The notes beneath the pieces were generated by a model. It did not search any database and was not told the DNA's origin. It was given only the letters and a program-made list of their open reading frames with translations. A stretch of DNA of 64,000 bases from Yuukianura sp. NJ FZ-2021 (taxonomy: Eukaryota): the NCBI GenBank assembly GCA_046563655.1, contig CM102284.1:7688001-7752000 (forward strand), in the 5' to 3' direction. The translations under genes were made by a program, and so were the position numbers. Positions 1 through 12,775 of the stretch are shown here, piece by piece. Numbering within the stretch: position 1 is the first letter of the stretch; the number at the start of each line of letters is the position of its first letter.

Positions 1-336
1 CAAACCTAACGTGACCTTTGACCTCCACCGCATGACTAATCCAGAAAAACTTCAAGTCCAGTCATAAACTTATAATTAACACGTTGACCTCTCAAAGTGT
101 TAAAGTTTAACAGATATTAGAGAGGTCAAGTTCGAAAATGAATGCTAAACCATTACGTGCTATCTACTCACATCAATTGACTAACTAATTAGCTAACTAA
201 TGTTAATTAACTAATGTGAACATGTAAAAACTAGTTTCAGTTTGCTATTTAGCAGGAGACGTTTGATCTATATGCTACACGGTCAACTAAAAACTAACTA
301 AAGGTACTTGTTTGATGTGAATTTTAAAACTTTCAC

Positions 337-2396
337 TCAGACTATTGCATTCTGATTTGAAGTTGAAGTTGATCTGCTGGAGGCTGGAATATGCACGGCT
401 GGAAGGTCAACATGTCCAGCGATAACGCTGTTGGGAGGGGCATGAGGAGCCACTTCGGCTGATCCGTCGTCAGTATCACTCAGAGTATCCATGTCAGCCG
501 GATCGAGGTTTATAGCCGCAGCATGTTCCAGCCCCCTAGCTCCTCCTCCTCCAGCCGCTTGCAAATCACGGGGTAAGCTAGTTGACCTTCCAGCAAAGCT
601 TGACGCTTGAAGCGATGGCACCGGAGCACGGGATCCTTGAGGCACTTCTGTGCTTTGCCCAAAACTACTCGAACCGTGCACTTCGGCTAAAACCGGAAGA
701 CTCCGGAGACTGCGACTCCTTTGCTCATCTGAGTCAGTACTGCTAATGGAAGAACTGTCTGTGGAAGTGGCGGGGTCTTGACCTTGAGCATGGGCACGGT
801 GTGACTGTTGACCTCTACGCCCTTGCTGGTGAAGTAGGGGATGCCGACGTATTCGAAAGAGACTGTCCTAGAATGTGCAATTTTTTAGAATTTTGAAAAA
901 ATTTTGAAAAAAAAATAGATTCTGATTGATCTTTGACTCACTCCTTGCTGAACAAATGTACTGCTACTGCTGGATGCTGGATTGGGATTTGCAGTAGGAT
1001 TTCGCAACAACGGTGTTCGTTCATCCTCAGAGTCTGAATCTGAATCGCTAAAACGTTCTTCTGCCAAGATGATTTTCCTCTTGCATACTGGACATACTCG
1101 GCGATTCTTCGTCAGCCACGGATCAATACATACCGAATGATAGCCATGCGAGCAGGGTAGTACTCTGACTTTGTCTTGCTCAATGAAATCTTCAAGGCAG
1201 ACAGCACAAGTCTAAAAGTAAAAGTTACAAGTAAATCCTGCCAGCCCAGCATTTTATACAAATAGTAAAGGCTTGAAATCCTACTTCATATGGATCGCCT
1301 TTGGTCCATCTTGTAATAGGCAGCTTCTTTAACATTGAGCTCGGCAGTTTCCTTCTACGACTTCTCCGGCGTTCCTGTAGCCATCTTGTCACTTGCTGCC
1401 ACACCTATAAAAAATGAAAATTTTGAAATCACCTTGAAATGTTGAAAATGTGATCGTGATGTCAAATTTTAACACTAAAAAACCTCTCTCGCCACTATGT
1501 TATGAAAAAAAAGTTAACGAATTTGGCATCACGATCTTGTGCAGTTAATAGGAAGTATTTGTTAGCTGATGGTGTACATACGAGACGAACCATGAAAAGC
1601 AGCATTATCACGAAACACACGGAGACTACGATTGCAAATGGATAGATGTAGCCAGAAAACGAAAAGTCATCTTCAATTTTCAAGACAAACTCGAAATTGG
1701 ATGCAGTAATTGAATAGTTGTCTCTGAGTAGATGACCATTGTACTCTCCAACGAAGGCAGCGTAAATGACTAATCGTTCTGCATCCTTCACCGTCATCGG
1801 CTCCGTTCTAAAAATGTACAAATACGCAATGTTTTAAAACTGATACAAGATCATTAGTTCAAATTGTTTTAGAAGCGGTGTTTTCTAACCTGTTCGACCC
1901 GACGTTATGAATGATGATGGCACTGTAGCCCATATTTTGAGCATTTTCTATCTTAGTCTGAAAGTCACAGTCGAATCTTTGGGCTATCAGGATCCAGTTC
2001 GTATTGGACGTGAGATTCGGTGCTGGCTCAACAGTTGAACAAGCATTTGCGGGTTTCGAGGCTACTGCATAGCCCTGGAATAACAAAAACCAAAACGTTT
2101 GTAAAACGAACGGATAATTTTGAAAATAATTCTTAGAATCTTACCATTAATCCGTAGTAACTGACTCTCTCCGGAACGAAACTTGCTGGAGCATCGAATA
2201 TTTGCGCAACAGTTTCATTTGTCCTTGGTTTAATCACAGTAATCGTAGCAGATACACAAGTTGTCATTGAAAATAGTCCAAGAATGACTAATAGACCAGC
2301 TGATGCTGACGAGAACAACATTCTGGAAGATGTTGCCAGTACTTTAAGCTCCCGTTTCCTTATTACATCATCATGTGTAAGAAATGAGGAATCCAT
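337..2396 (-). CDS. RNF13: PA-domain/TM/RING-H2 E3 ubiquitin ligase (RNF13/RNF167/godzilla-like), 6 coding exons
   Basis: Exons ~2396-2145, 2074-1890, 1807-1591, 1404-1285, 1211-942 and 867-337 with GT-AG junctions. Hydrophobic leader, PA domain (CDFQTKIENAQNMGYSAIIIHN), TM segment, RING-H2 CAVCLEDFIEQDKVRVLPCSHGYHSVCIDPWLTKNRRVCPVC, then SDSDSEDERTPLL. Confidence 0.88.
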
Positions 2397-3410
2397 TGTT
2401 TACGGTACTAAATGTTGATCAGATAACAAGGTCACGTTCACTTTTTTGATGTTCTAGTGTTGCGTAGCCCATTTGTCACAAGATCCCCAAGTCTAACTTT
2501 GCCATGAATTTTTTATGAATATGTGTGAAACCCGAAACCCCTCCACATCCACTTAAATGACTCAACTTTAACTCTACTCCGATGTTAATGAGTAATGACG
2601 AAGAAAACGGCCTTCCAGAATGTGGAATCGGTGACCATTTAGAGGATTAACGGATTCCAGGAGATCCCAATTTTCCAATCCCGTTAGGGAATTTAGGGTT
2701 ATTTTGGTCAATCAGATGACTAATTGTAGAACTGGGACAAAATGATGATTACAAATTGCAGTGCACAAAAGTTAACATTTAAAATTTAGTTAAGTAATAG
2801 AACCCAGAGCAGAGATAAAAATGGCGAGTGTTTGTGTTAACTTTGGAAGAATAAGGCTTATTACGGAGATACACAAAGCTATAGACTCCACTTAAGTTAT
2901 AAGTGGCCCAGACACCCATACAACCACTAATATATATTTCGTGAATATCGCAAAATATTTGGTGAATTTTTTGTGAATAAAGCTTACGTGTCTAACCAAA
3001 TGTGTCACTTGAGTAAATATTAGATGCCGTCATTTTTACACAGTTACTTTCATTTAGTTTTTATGTGCCAAAAATATGCAGCCGAAATATGTACTTCCAC
3101 CGTGGATGAAAATATACACCGAAAATGTATACATTATCAGGTACACTTTATGTCATAGGCTTTGAGTAAATAAAATACATAGTTTGGATGACTAGGAAAG
3201 TTGTATTGACGATATCATCTGAGGTGGCGCGATTTATGCACAGTTTCAGCATGCTACAAAATGTGCATGATGCAATACAGTTCTGGAAGTGCACACCTCA
3301 TGGAATGATACAGTTTAGTCATACAAAGAATACAGTTTATAAACCACGTTGTCTACTTCAGTTTGTTTGTGTGTTTGTTCGTCGACCACAGTTCTCTTCC
3401 TTCCAGTATC

Positions 3411-4902
3411 ATGACTTCTGTTCAATTCAAAAACTTTTCAGTAGTATTCTTTCCACACGAAAACCGATACTCCGTTGTGCCGTCGAAGTGGATATCGCCA
3501 GAAGAAGGAAACCTAAAGTGTCACTGGCCACCAAAAAAAACAAAAAATGTGGGACTACTCTCTAAATCCGCGGAATCTGTACCGGACGAGAACTGGGACA
3601 AGTATGAGATAGAATACGTAAAAGGATTTGGTGAGTGGATAACTCGATAATGCTCATTGCGTATAGGGTTTAAGATGCATGTGTTAGATAATCAAAGTTG
3701 AATCAATTGTGCCTCCACATAACCAAATTTATGTATTCTTTTTTTAGATTCCCACGAAAAGGCTGTGAAGAAATCCAATATTTTACGAAAATCCAGGAGG
3801 TTAGATCTAGCGGACACAAGCGAGAGTGAAAATCAGTCTTCAGCATCCCAATCGTTGCCTCCGCCACCGACTACCTACTTACATGAGGAATTTGTGTTGG
3901 GAATCAATCCAGATTCGGAACAAACCGTGCAAGATACAGGTGATCAAACCCAAACATTAATTACATTCATTCAATTTGAGTTATTGGAGACTATGTGTGT
4001 TTCAGGAGTTGGCGTCACACAGAACGTTGGAGAATTCGCAGTCCTGTCGACAGTTTCCTCGAGCAAATGCAAAATGAGCATCGTGGTAATGACTTTCTTC
4101 AATTTAATGTACGAAATTATATCTATTATTATAACTAATGATTTACTCCTTTTTTCCAGAGTTCCAACAGATAGTGCTGGAGAGTCTTGAGCGCTTAAAC
4201 CAACAGATGGTGGATTTGACTAAATTTGTTCGTCTGTCACTTGCACAATCAAACACTGTCACCACCCAACGTCACGAGTATCCTCCTTGCCATTGAAAAC
4301 AATTGATGAGTTGAACATCGCAGAACAAATAGTTCAAAATCAAACTCAATATCAGTTCCTTGTAAGTGCATTCTCAACATCACACTATTTTAATTACTTA
4401 ACTAGAATCAACTCTCTACCAAGTGTTTGTTAATATACTAAGGTCACTGAGTTGTCCAAAGCCGGCGGATATCCAGTGTCGAAAGCGGTATATAACACCC
4501 TACGTCTGCTAATCTCAGAGGATGTAAGAAAACAGCTGAGAATTACGGATAACTCTGGCAAAGTTCCTTTCGGTGGATTGACTCTGGCTTTGGCTGTGAG
4601 AGGTAACTTAACTTTGTGTATAACGATTTCCATTTTTTGTGATTCTTTACTACAAATTGTTCAATTAACACTTTTATCTTAAATTTCCAGCTGCGGTTCA
4701 GCAAACATACAAAGGCGAAGACGCATCAGACGCAAAACTCAATTTATTTATTGGACGTCATTTCCGAAACTCTAAGAAAGACGACAATGGAGACACCGAG
4801 GCGAAGCCGAGTAAGACGAATTCAACAGCAGGTTGTTCAAAACCTGCAAAGAATTCAAAGGAGGCCAGAGAGAAGTCTTCCTCTTCCGAAAATTCAGCTT
4901 AA
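3411..4902 (+). CDS. Spliced accessory (non-transposase) gene of the CACTA element, DUF4806-like
   Basis: N-terminus FSVVFF..YSVVPSKWI..CHWPP is typical of animal CACTA second ORFs. Several short introns. The last exon starts at 4691 (..LNLFIGRHFRNSKK..) and ends at TAA 4900-4902. Internal exon boundaries are approximate. Confidence 0.6.
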
Positions 4903-6632
4903 CATGGATACTGCGATTTCGCCTCGAGAAGACAATCTGATTTTGGCTGACGACACTATTCATCATTCGACTACACCACAGTATGCCAATATTAGTGTAA
5001 ATAATACTATTTCTAGAAAATGTGAGTTACGAGATTTTGTATTTAAACATAACTTAACCGGTGCTGCTACTAGTGATTTACTAAAACTAGTAGCATCGTG
5101 GTTTCCAAATGAGAACTTCCCTAGCGATTCCAGATCTTTTTTAAGGACTCCTAGAAAAGTTCTCGCCAAAAAATCCAGTGGTGGTGAAATGTTTTATTTT
5201 GGTATTGAAAAAAATATTACGCGCATATTAGAAAGTGAAGTCCCTTCCAAGTCTTCTAACTTAACACTAACTGTGAACATTGATGGACTTCCCATTTCTA
5301 AAAGCTCCAAATTGCAATTTTGGCCAATATTAGGCAAAATTTCCGAATTTAGAAAAAACCCAATTTTTGTAATTTCACTATTTAGCGCGTATAACAAGCC
5401 AACAAATGTTGACGAGTTTTTAGCAGATTTTGTAGAGGAGATGAAACACTTAGAGCAAAACGGTATCCTATTCAAAAATTCGATTTATCCAATAACTCTC
5501 AGGGCAATAATAGCCGATGCCCCCGCCCGGTCTTTCTTAAAATGTGTAAAGCCGCATACTGGTTATTATAGTTGTGAACGTTGTTACGCCCGAGGCACTT
5601 GGAAAAACAATAGGGTATGCTTCCCAGCTAAAGTGACTTCACTTTATTCTAATAATTCATTTAAAAATCAAATTTATAAGAAGCACCACACTGGGTTTTC
5701 GCCTCTTGTTGAGTTAAACATAGGACTAATTACAGAGATACCACTGGAGTATATGCATCTATGTTGTTTAGGTATTATGAAAAGAATGCTTATCGTTTGG
5801 AGCAAGGGTCCTTACAAGTTGTCAAGTGGTGACTTGGAACGCATTTCCAGTCGAATGGTGCGACTCCGCAAATTTATTCCTAAGGAATTTGTAAGGAAGC
5901 CTCGTCCACTTACTGACCTGGCTTATTTTAAAGCCGTGGAGTATAGAATGTTTATGCTGTATTTAGGACCGGTAGTACTGAAAGGAATTTTGACACTAGA
6001 AAGGTATTCACATTTTCTGATATTTCATACTGCTATGTATATTTTAGTATCTCCTCAAGCTAAGAATTCCAGTTGGCTTAAATATGCCTCACAATTAATT
6101 TGCAAATTTGTTGAACAGATTCCTGAGTTATATGGCTGTGAATTAATTACTTATAATATGCACTCACTTTTACATTTGGTACAAGATGTTAAGAAATATG
6201 GCAGCTTGGACTCTTTTAGTGCTTTCGAGTTTGAGAGTTTTATGTCTAGACTAAAAAATTAGTTCATGGTACTAGCAACCATTTAATGCAAACTGTTAAT
6301 AGAATTACAGAAAGAGGCAACAGTTTCGATTTAGGAGGCACTAAATCTGATGTTCAATGTAGTAGTGTAGGTGTGGGATGTTGTTACATTGTAAATGAAA
6401 CCGATATTTGTGTTGTACAAAGCATTGACACTACAAAAGGCACTGTTTTGGTTAAGCGTTACAGAGTACTCGAAAATGCTAAACATTATCCTTGTGAATC
6501 GAAACTACTTGGAATCTTCTTTTGTAAAACCTTAAAGCGAACGGTTATGTCTTACAAGCTAGATTTGTTAAGAAAAAATGTATTTGCCTACCATTCAAGC
6601 AGAGCGTATTCTGTATTCCACTTTGTAATTAA
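4787..6632 (+). CDS. EnSpm/CACTA-type DDE transposase with two apparent single-base frameshifts
   Basis: Motifs NIDGLPISKSSKLQFWPILG, ADAPARSFLK..HTGYYSCERC, EYMHLCCLG and YNMHSLLHL..DVKKYGSLDSFSAFEFESF. Adding one A to each A6 run (~6253-6258, ~6573-6578) restores LKKLVHGTSNHLMQTVNRITE and KCICLPFKQSVFCIPLCN*. Confidence 0.85.
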
Positions 6633-7602
6633 TTTAATTGTTACTCCATTAGTCTTTTGTAAATATTGTAGCGTAATACTGATAAATAAAATACATCATC
6701 TGAAACTCGTCTAAATGGCGTTGATTTTGATCACAGTTTATTTCAATATTATATACCACTCATTCATAAAGCGTGCATATTTTGTACATAAACTTGTCGT
6801 TTTTTATGCATTGATCTGATACACACAAAGTAGTGATTAAGTATATGAACAGATTATGTACAGAATATGCAGTGCATGAAATGTAAATGGAATCGGGGCA
6901 AATCGGTAACTACTTATTCACTAAGCCATATTCACGCTATTGGTATCTAATATTTACAAGTTGGTTGTACGGGCATACACTTTTACAGACACAGAGCCAC
7001 TTTGGATCCATAGTGGATACATCCTTTCCATTACCATTGCTATACCCAATTGAAAGTGAAAACAAATCCCTTTGTCTACTATTTTCTATTTCAGTGGAAT
7101 TTGGCCTAAAATACTAAAATATCTATACCCAGGGGAGATCCTGTTAGGTCTAAACTAAAGTAGCTGTAAAAGATAAGATTTCTATTTAAAAACACTCACA
7201 AATTGAATGTAATCTTAGCACTACTGAAGTAAATAAACAAACTAAATGTTTAGTTAACCAAACACAACTAAAAAAAACTAAACTAAAAATCCAAATCAAA
7301 ATCAAGGATTTTAAAAAGTAGCTTTTTAGAAAAAAACCGTATGCATAAGGACTAAAAGTGTAACGCCATCTCTTGTTTACGCTTGCTAAGCTCTGATGCC
7401 AGCTAAGGTCATTCACCTTTCACAATTCAAAAAATGGCATCCGAAAATAACAAAGTAGCGAACGCATGCGCGAGTGCAAAATTCAGTTTTTGAACCAACA
7501 ACATTTTGGTGTAATTTTCATAATAAAGTTGGTTTTGTGATTCTTCTTACTGAAAAACTGCTCACTGAAAAAGGTTAATCGATTAAGTGTTTCAGAACTA
7601 AA

Positions 7603-8209
7603 ATGATTTCGTACGCAGCATGGATTGTTAGCGTTGCAGGCATGTTAATCGGCATGATGTGCCTGGGTCGCCGCATTTTCAATTTCTTCTTCTCTGGATC
7701 ATTTCCAGAACGATTAATAATCCTGGAAGGTCAGTGCCAATTTGGAAGAGTTTTACTGCTGAAATTGATCATCGTTTGAAAAATTAAGAACGTCAAAAAG
7801 CAAATTGTTGTATTTTGATAAGGTGAAGATGAGATCTTCTACGAAGCTAGAACAGGGCAAGAGGAGACTGTACGCCCCACTGGTGAAGGGGATCGAGGTC
7901 ACGCTCAAGGTCAAATGACATCAATCCCGCGCTTGCCCATCTTACCTACCCGAAGTAAACAAACCTTGGTCAACTGCAACTCATGCTTTTGTTGCACAGC
8001 TCGCAAAGTCATTTCAGCTCTGTTTCTTACGGAATTTGAAAAATCTAAAGCCTACGCCCCACCAAATACTCGAGCAGCAGGTTTAAAAGCAACTTAAAAT
8101 TCAAAATGAAAAATTGTGAACCATTGTTTGAAAAAAATTTCTATTTTCAAAATTTTCAGCGTCCGAGCCAAGCGTATCCAGCGTCAACTGGGATTGGGAT
8201 ACAGAATGA
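7603..8209 (+). CDS. Small predicted single-pass membrane protein of unknown function
   Basis: ATG 7603 begins hydrophobic MISYAAWIVSVAGMLIGMMCLG. Phase-compatible GT-AG exons 7603-7729, 7823-8080 and 8160-8209 end ..SSVNWDWDTE*. The 3' part is duplicated at ~9715-9960. Confidence 0.4.
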
Positions 8210-8725
8210 ACCGAAATCGATTGATTTCGTTAGCTTAATCAATTGAAAGTTTTTTCATGTGTGTAGATCTGCTGGATCGCTACCTAAACAGAAATTACCA
8301 AAAACTGATCGGTATGAGTTCATTCGACTAAAAAAAGTTACACTACTAAAACATGAAAACATTATTCGCAACGAATTTCTTTTTTTTTTTGCGAAAAAAT
8401 TGCCAGAATTTCTTTTCGGAGTCCGAAAATTTTAGCATCTACTGGTTTGAAACTAAAGAGAACGCGCGTGCAGAAAACTACGCATAGTTTTCTGCACGCG
8501 CGGCACAAAATAGCCGAAGCGGATAGTGATAAGCCTACAATTAAATTAACCACAATTAATTAGCCCATCAGCTCCGACCGGTTCGTGCATCGCAATTAAA
8601 GTAGCGCACGATACGATTAATTAATTAAAAGCACTTAACTAGTTTAATATATAATAGGCACCTCATTTCCGCTAGGCCCCTCATTTTTAAATCTAGGTTC
8701 ACCCACGGACAGTACACTTGAGGTC

Positions 8726-9424
8726 ATGGCTTCCTCCAGAATTAAAATTTGTCAAGTTGAAACACTTTCCAAAGTTTTCTTGAGTGTTATCGTGATTGGC
8801 ACGTTGACCACGACCAGTTCCTGGGGAGTTCCAGCAGCAGCTTCTGCGCAACACAAAAACACCAACGGTAGCATTGGTTAGTTTCAGTCGAATGTGAAAA
8901 TTCACATCGAATTTCTGTTCACTTTTATGTAACATTATGTGAATCACTTACAATGCTGATGAAATGCTGGTGCCGGATGCTTTATGTAGATACTTCCCAC
9001 GTATCAGTTCCAGTACCGATTCCGGCTCAACTCACGATGCCGGTTCCATTAGACACAAGTTGTTACGACTCCAATGGAAATCCCTACATAGAAGAAATTG
9101 GTAACTCCTACGACTGCACCTACTACTACAAGTGCATTATTGTGGCTTCGCCGGACATTTTTGCGCCCACTACGCTATCATGCTCCCCAGGCGGTAGTAT
9201 GGGAACATGCTTTGACATGGTTACATGTAGATGTCAATGGTGCACAGACGAAAACCTTGTTTGCTACAATTCCAGCATCCCGGAACACAACGAAGACTCA
9301 TGTAAAGCCTATTTTAAATACAAACGTATTTTACCACTCAAATTCGTTTTTAAAACGTTTAGACCTTGATCTTACTTTCGTTTTCCCAGTTCGCCTGAAA
9401 TGTGCCAAACCATATTATCCATAA
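8726..9424 (+). CDS. Secreted Cys-rich peritrophin-A/CBM14-like protein, copy A
   Basis: Three exons (8726-8876, 8990-9301, 9390-9424). Signal peptide, then LDTSCYDSNGNPY..DCTYYYKC..C..CFDMVTCRC..C..C..PEH..RLKCA. Confidence 0.75.
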
Positions 9425-10203
9425 ACTTCGAAAATGACGTTGACCATGAAGGGCGGAGGCAGTTGAAGCCGCGTGTGATGGAGAATAACGTATCTCATCT
9501 CATTTGACATCAGAATCGTTTAGTCGCACCTTCTAAAAGATAAAAAAAAACGCTCATCAATAAACAAAATCGTGCAAATAAAATGCAAAGTTTCTAATTT
9601 TGTAAAATCTTAAATTCATGTCGTCACGTCTTCAAGCGACTACAAAATCAGCGATACACAGCGCAATGGGGCTGATTAGGCCAAAAATTAATGAGATTTA
9701 ACAATTATCCTGAAACAAAGTTTGGTCAACTGCGACTCATGCTTTTGTTCCGCTTTGTTTCTTGCAAAACTAAAAAAATTTAAAGCCCACGCCCCAACTA
9801 GAACTCGAGCAGCAGGTTGGAAAATTTAAAAAATTTCAAAAAATTTTGATAATCAATTTTCTAAAAAATTGCTTTCAATTTTCATAATTTCCAGTGTCCG
9901 AGCGAAGTGTATCCAGCGTCAATTGGGATACGGAACGAACCGAAATTGATTTCGTTAAAATCATGGATCGATTTTGTTAGAACGAACCGAAAATCAGTGA
10001 TTGATTACGTGTGGTTACTCACGTGAAATTCTTTGTTTATGACACAATTCATTCCAGTGTTAAAAAAGTTGGTTAGTTAATCGAATTGAATTGAACAAAG
10101 CAAGGCCAACTACTAAACCAATTAACAACAGAATTGACTTCTATTGTTGAATTTTCACTAATTTTCTACCCACATTCACAAAAGGTGTCGCCAATTTTCC
10201 AAA

Positions 10204-11991
10204 ATGTTTCAAAATTTTTACGTCCCTTTAGCAGTATATTTAGTCTTTAGCGCTATAATAGCACCGGTTTGGAGTTACGGTAAAGACGGATGCCGCGGGT
10301 CAACGTCCAGACATGTTGACCCCACGAATTGTCACAGTTATTTCCAGTGTATCGGTGGAGTCCGCTATCGCGCACGGTGTGAACCTGGCATGGCCTTTAC
10401 CAAACTTACACAAAAATGTGAAATATCAGTCCGTACGCCATGTTCTGCCAACAAGCTCACTGGTCATAGCATGGTCGGCAAGAAATGTTCAGTTAACAAT
10501 GAAATCAAGCCAAGCGAACTTGAGTGTGACAAGTATCTTCTGTGTCGTGTCAGAACTTACATTGCTCTGACATGTCCATTTGGCCTCATCTTTTCAAACA
10601 TCAAGTATCGTTGTGTCCTGCCGCCAAATCCATGCACGACAGTTGCTGAACAAGCGGCAAACACGACTTTGAAGGAAATGGAACTGAAAAAAGAAGAAAA
10701 TCCGTACATAGGAATCTGTGATAACAAAATTAATCAAACCGTGGCAGAACCATTTGATTGCTCATTTTACATTATGTGTGAAGAGGATCGCGGTGAAGAC
10801 GGAAGTGTCCAGGCAGCTATGTCTGTTCTGGAGTGTCCCAAAGGCACTCTTTTTAGTGTCACAGACAGTAAATGCATAAGTCCACAGTCCGTGTTCTGTG
10901 ACCAACGTTACAGGATGATGAATCTGTACGGTCCGGATGTACTTCCAACAGCTATGGGCAGGTCTTTTGGCCGAAGTGTGTTGTCGAACAATACGAGTCC
11001 AAGGAAACCAAAGTTTTGGGTCCAACCGGGGAAGTATCGAGCCATATCCAAGTCAAGTCCTGCAAATGAAACTGATAAAAGTGATACTTCCAACAAAACG
11101 AGTACAAATAGTACTGGAAATGGAGTTGTTACTACCGTAGTCAATGGTTTCATTATCCAGAAGCCTCTGGTTGCTGAACGTCCAACTCCAGTTGACGAGG
11201 ATCATGGATTTGATTCGTCTCCGATAGGATCCGGTCGAGGTCGAGCCAACGAGTCGTCTGCGAGTAACCCTGATGGTCGTTCCTTCCGTTCCGGCAAAGG
11301 TAAGGTCAGTTCCGAATCTTCAGAAGAAACCGGAAAACCGATATCGGGAAACGGTAAACCGAATTCCAGCAGTGGCAGTACCGGAACTGGAACCGGCAAC
11401 TACAAAAATACAGCCCAAAAAAGTTTAATTACAAACAACATCAACAATATTAATGGATCAAATCACCAGCCAATCGTCGTCAACATCATCCTCGACGAAA
11501 ATCACAGAGTCCATGGAATGTCGTCAACCAAAGGGAAGAAACCAAAGAAAAGAATCACAGTTGCTGTAAAAGATTCAAACGAAACGCCTGGTTACAAACG
11601 ATATGAAAAATCTGAACGGTACAAGAAATTCGAACCTTCTCGAACCGGTACTCGTCCGAAACCGTTTACCGGAACTCCGGAAGACTCTGACTATGTTTCC
11701 CAGGAGTCCGATGAAGACGAACCGTTCAAATTTGACAAAAGTAGGCCGAGGGGTCCCAAGCGCCGGACACTTCTGGAGGATTATCATGCGATTCGGAATG
11801 GACAGCGATTCAATTCCACGGCGGATGACATTTTGTATTACGGCGAGGACGAGTACTACATCGGAGACTCCGTTGAAAATGGCACTGCAATTCCAACCAA
11901 ACCAAATAGATTAGAATCGTCATTAGAGTTGACTCATCACGTGTATAGATCTGGATCACTACCTAAACAGAAATTACCAAAAAAGGCTTAG
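10204..11991 (+). CDS. Secreted protein with three CBM14 (peritrophin-A) domains and a long Ser/Thr/Gly/charged low-complexity tail
   Basis: 595-aa single-exon ORF with a signal peptide and three 6-Cys domains (e.g. DPTNCHSYFQC..CEPGMAFTKLTQKC). Confidence 0.85.
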   Translation: MFQNFYVPLAVYLVFSAIIAPVWSYGKDGCRGSTSRHVDPTNCHSYFQCIGGVRYRARCEPGMAFTKLTQKCEISVRTPCSANKLTGHSMVGKKCSVNNEIKPSELECDKYLLCRVRTYIALTCPFGLIFSNIKYRCVLPPNPCTTVAEQAANTTLKEMELKKEENPYIGICDNKINQTVAEPFDCSFYIMCEEDRGEDGSVQAAMSVLECPKGTLFSVTDSKCISPQSVFCDQRYRMMNLYGPDVLPTAMGRSFGRSVLSNNTSPRKPKFWVQPGKYRAISKSSPANETDKSDTSNKTSTNSTGNGVVTTVVNGFIIQKPLVAERPTPVDEDHGFDSSPIGSGRGRANESSASNPDGRSFRSGKGKVSSESSEETGKPISGNGKPNSSSGSTGTGTGNYKNTAQKSLITNNINNINGSNHQPIVVNIILDENHRVHGMSSTKGKKPKKRITVAVKDSNETPGYKRYEKSERYKKFEPSRTGTRPKPFTGTPEDSDYVSQESDEDEPFKFDKSRPRGPKRRTLLEDYHAIRNGQRFNSTADDILYYGEDEYYIGDSVENGTAIPTKPNRLESSLELTHHVYRSGSLPKQKLPKKA

Positions 11992-12775
11992 CATTAGTAA
12001 CATCAATCAACAAAAAAAAAAGTTTAACTAAAACATGAAAATATTTGCTAAACAAATTACATCAAAATTATTAGTAAATTCCTTCATTAGTCATTACTAG
12101 GCAATTCGCGGCTTCCGGGTTTTGGTCCAAAAAAATTACAGGGAACGATTCGAAATGGAGAAAAACGTTGTGAAAATTGAAAAGAAAGGGATTTTTTTTT
12201 CCACAAAAAATACATCTAACGGGAAGTTTTGCGCGCAGTGCAGTAGCTTAAAAATTTCCAAACAAATATGTGTTTTTTTTGGGCTCATTTCACGTTTCAG
12301 TGTGTGGAAATAAGTTTTAAGTGGAATTGCAACAAAAAATGAAAAAAACTTTCTTTTTTTTATGGTGATGAGGCAAAGGGGGGACCCTTCCCCCACCAAA
12401 AAGAAAATTTTTACCCCACCAAAAATGACAAAAATGATATGAAACGTCAAAAAAAAAAGTGAAAAGGAGGAAAACAAACTTTCCGAAAAAATTGCCAACA
12501 AAAGCTGACGTTTCATGTGTACTTTTGCGACTTAATTGACAGTGTTTGACGTAAGTTTGTCGACTTACCTCACTAATCCCTTTCCGTAATCAACACAGAC
12601 CATGTCCAATGTGGCGGCTGTATTGACAAGCAATATGACGTAGATTTAACATAGATTTACACAAAACTGCACTTCGAATTCCATCTTATCTGATGAATAT
12701 GGACACAAAGTGCCGCTTTCCGCTGGGCCCATTTTTAAATCCAGATTCACTCACGGACACAGAACACTTGAGGTC

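Larger units (their letters stand above)
2915..6973 (+). mobile_element. CACTA/EnSpm (CMC superfamily) DNA transposon, full length
   Basis: TIR CCCATACAACCA (2915) / TGGTTGTACGGG (ends 6973). 2-bp TSD CA (2913-14, 6974-75). Shared subterminal GTGAATA and GTAAATATTAGAT motifs at both ends. Two internal genes. Confidence 0.85.

Noticed and set aside
12098-12500. Possible MITE between the 595-aa gene and copy B
   Set aside because: Terminal inverted similarity is too short (GGCAATT) and there is no TSD.
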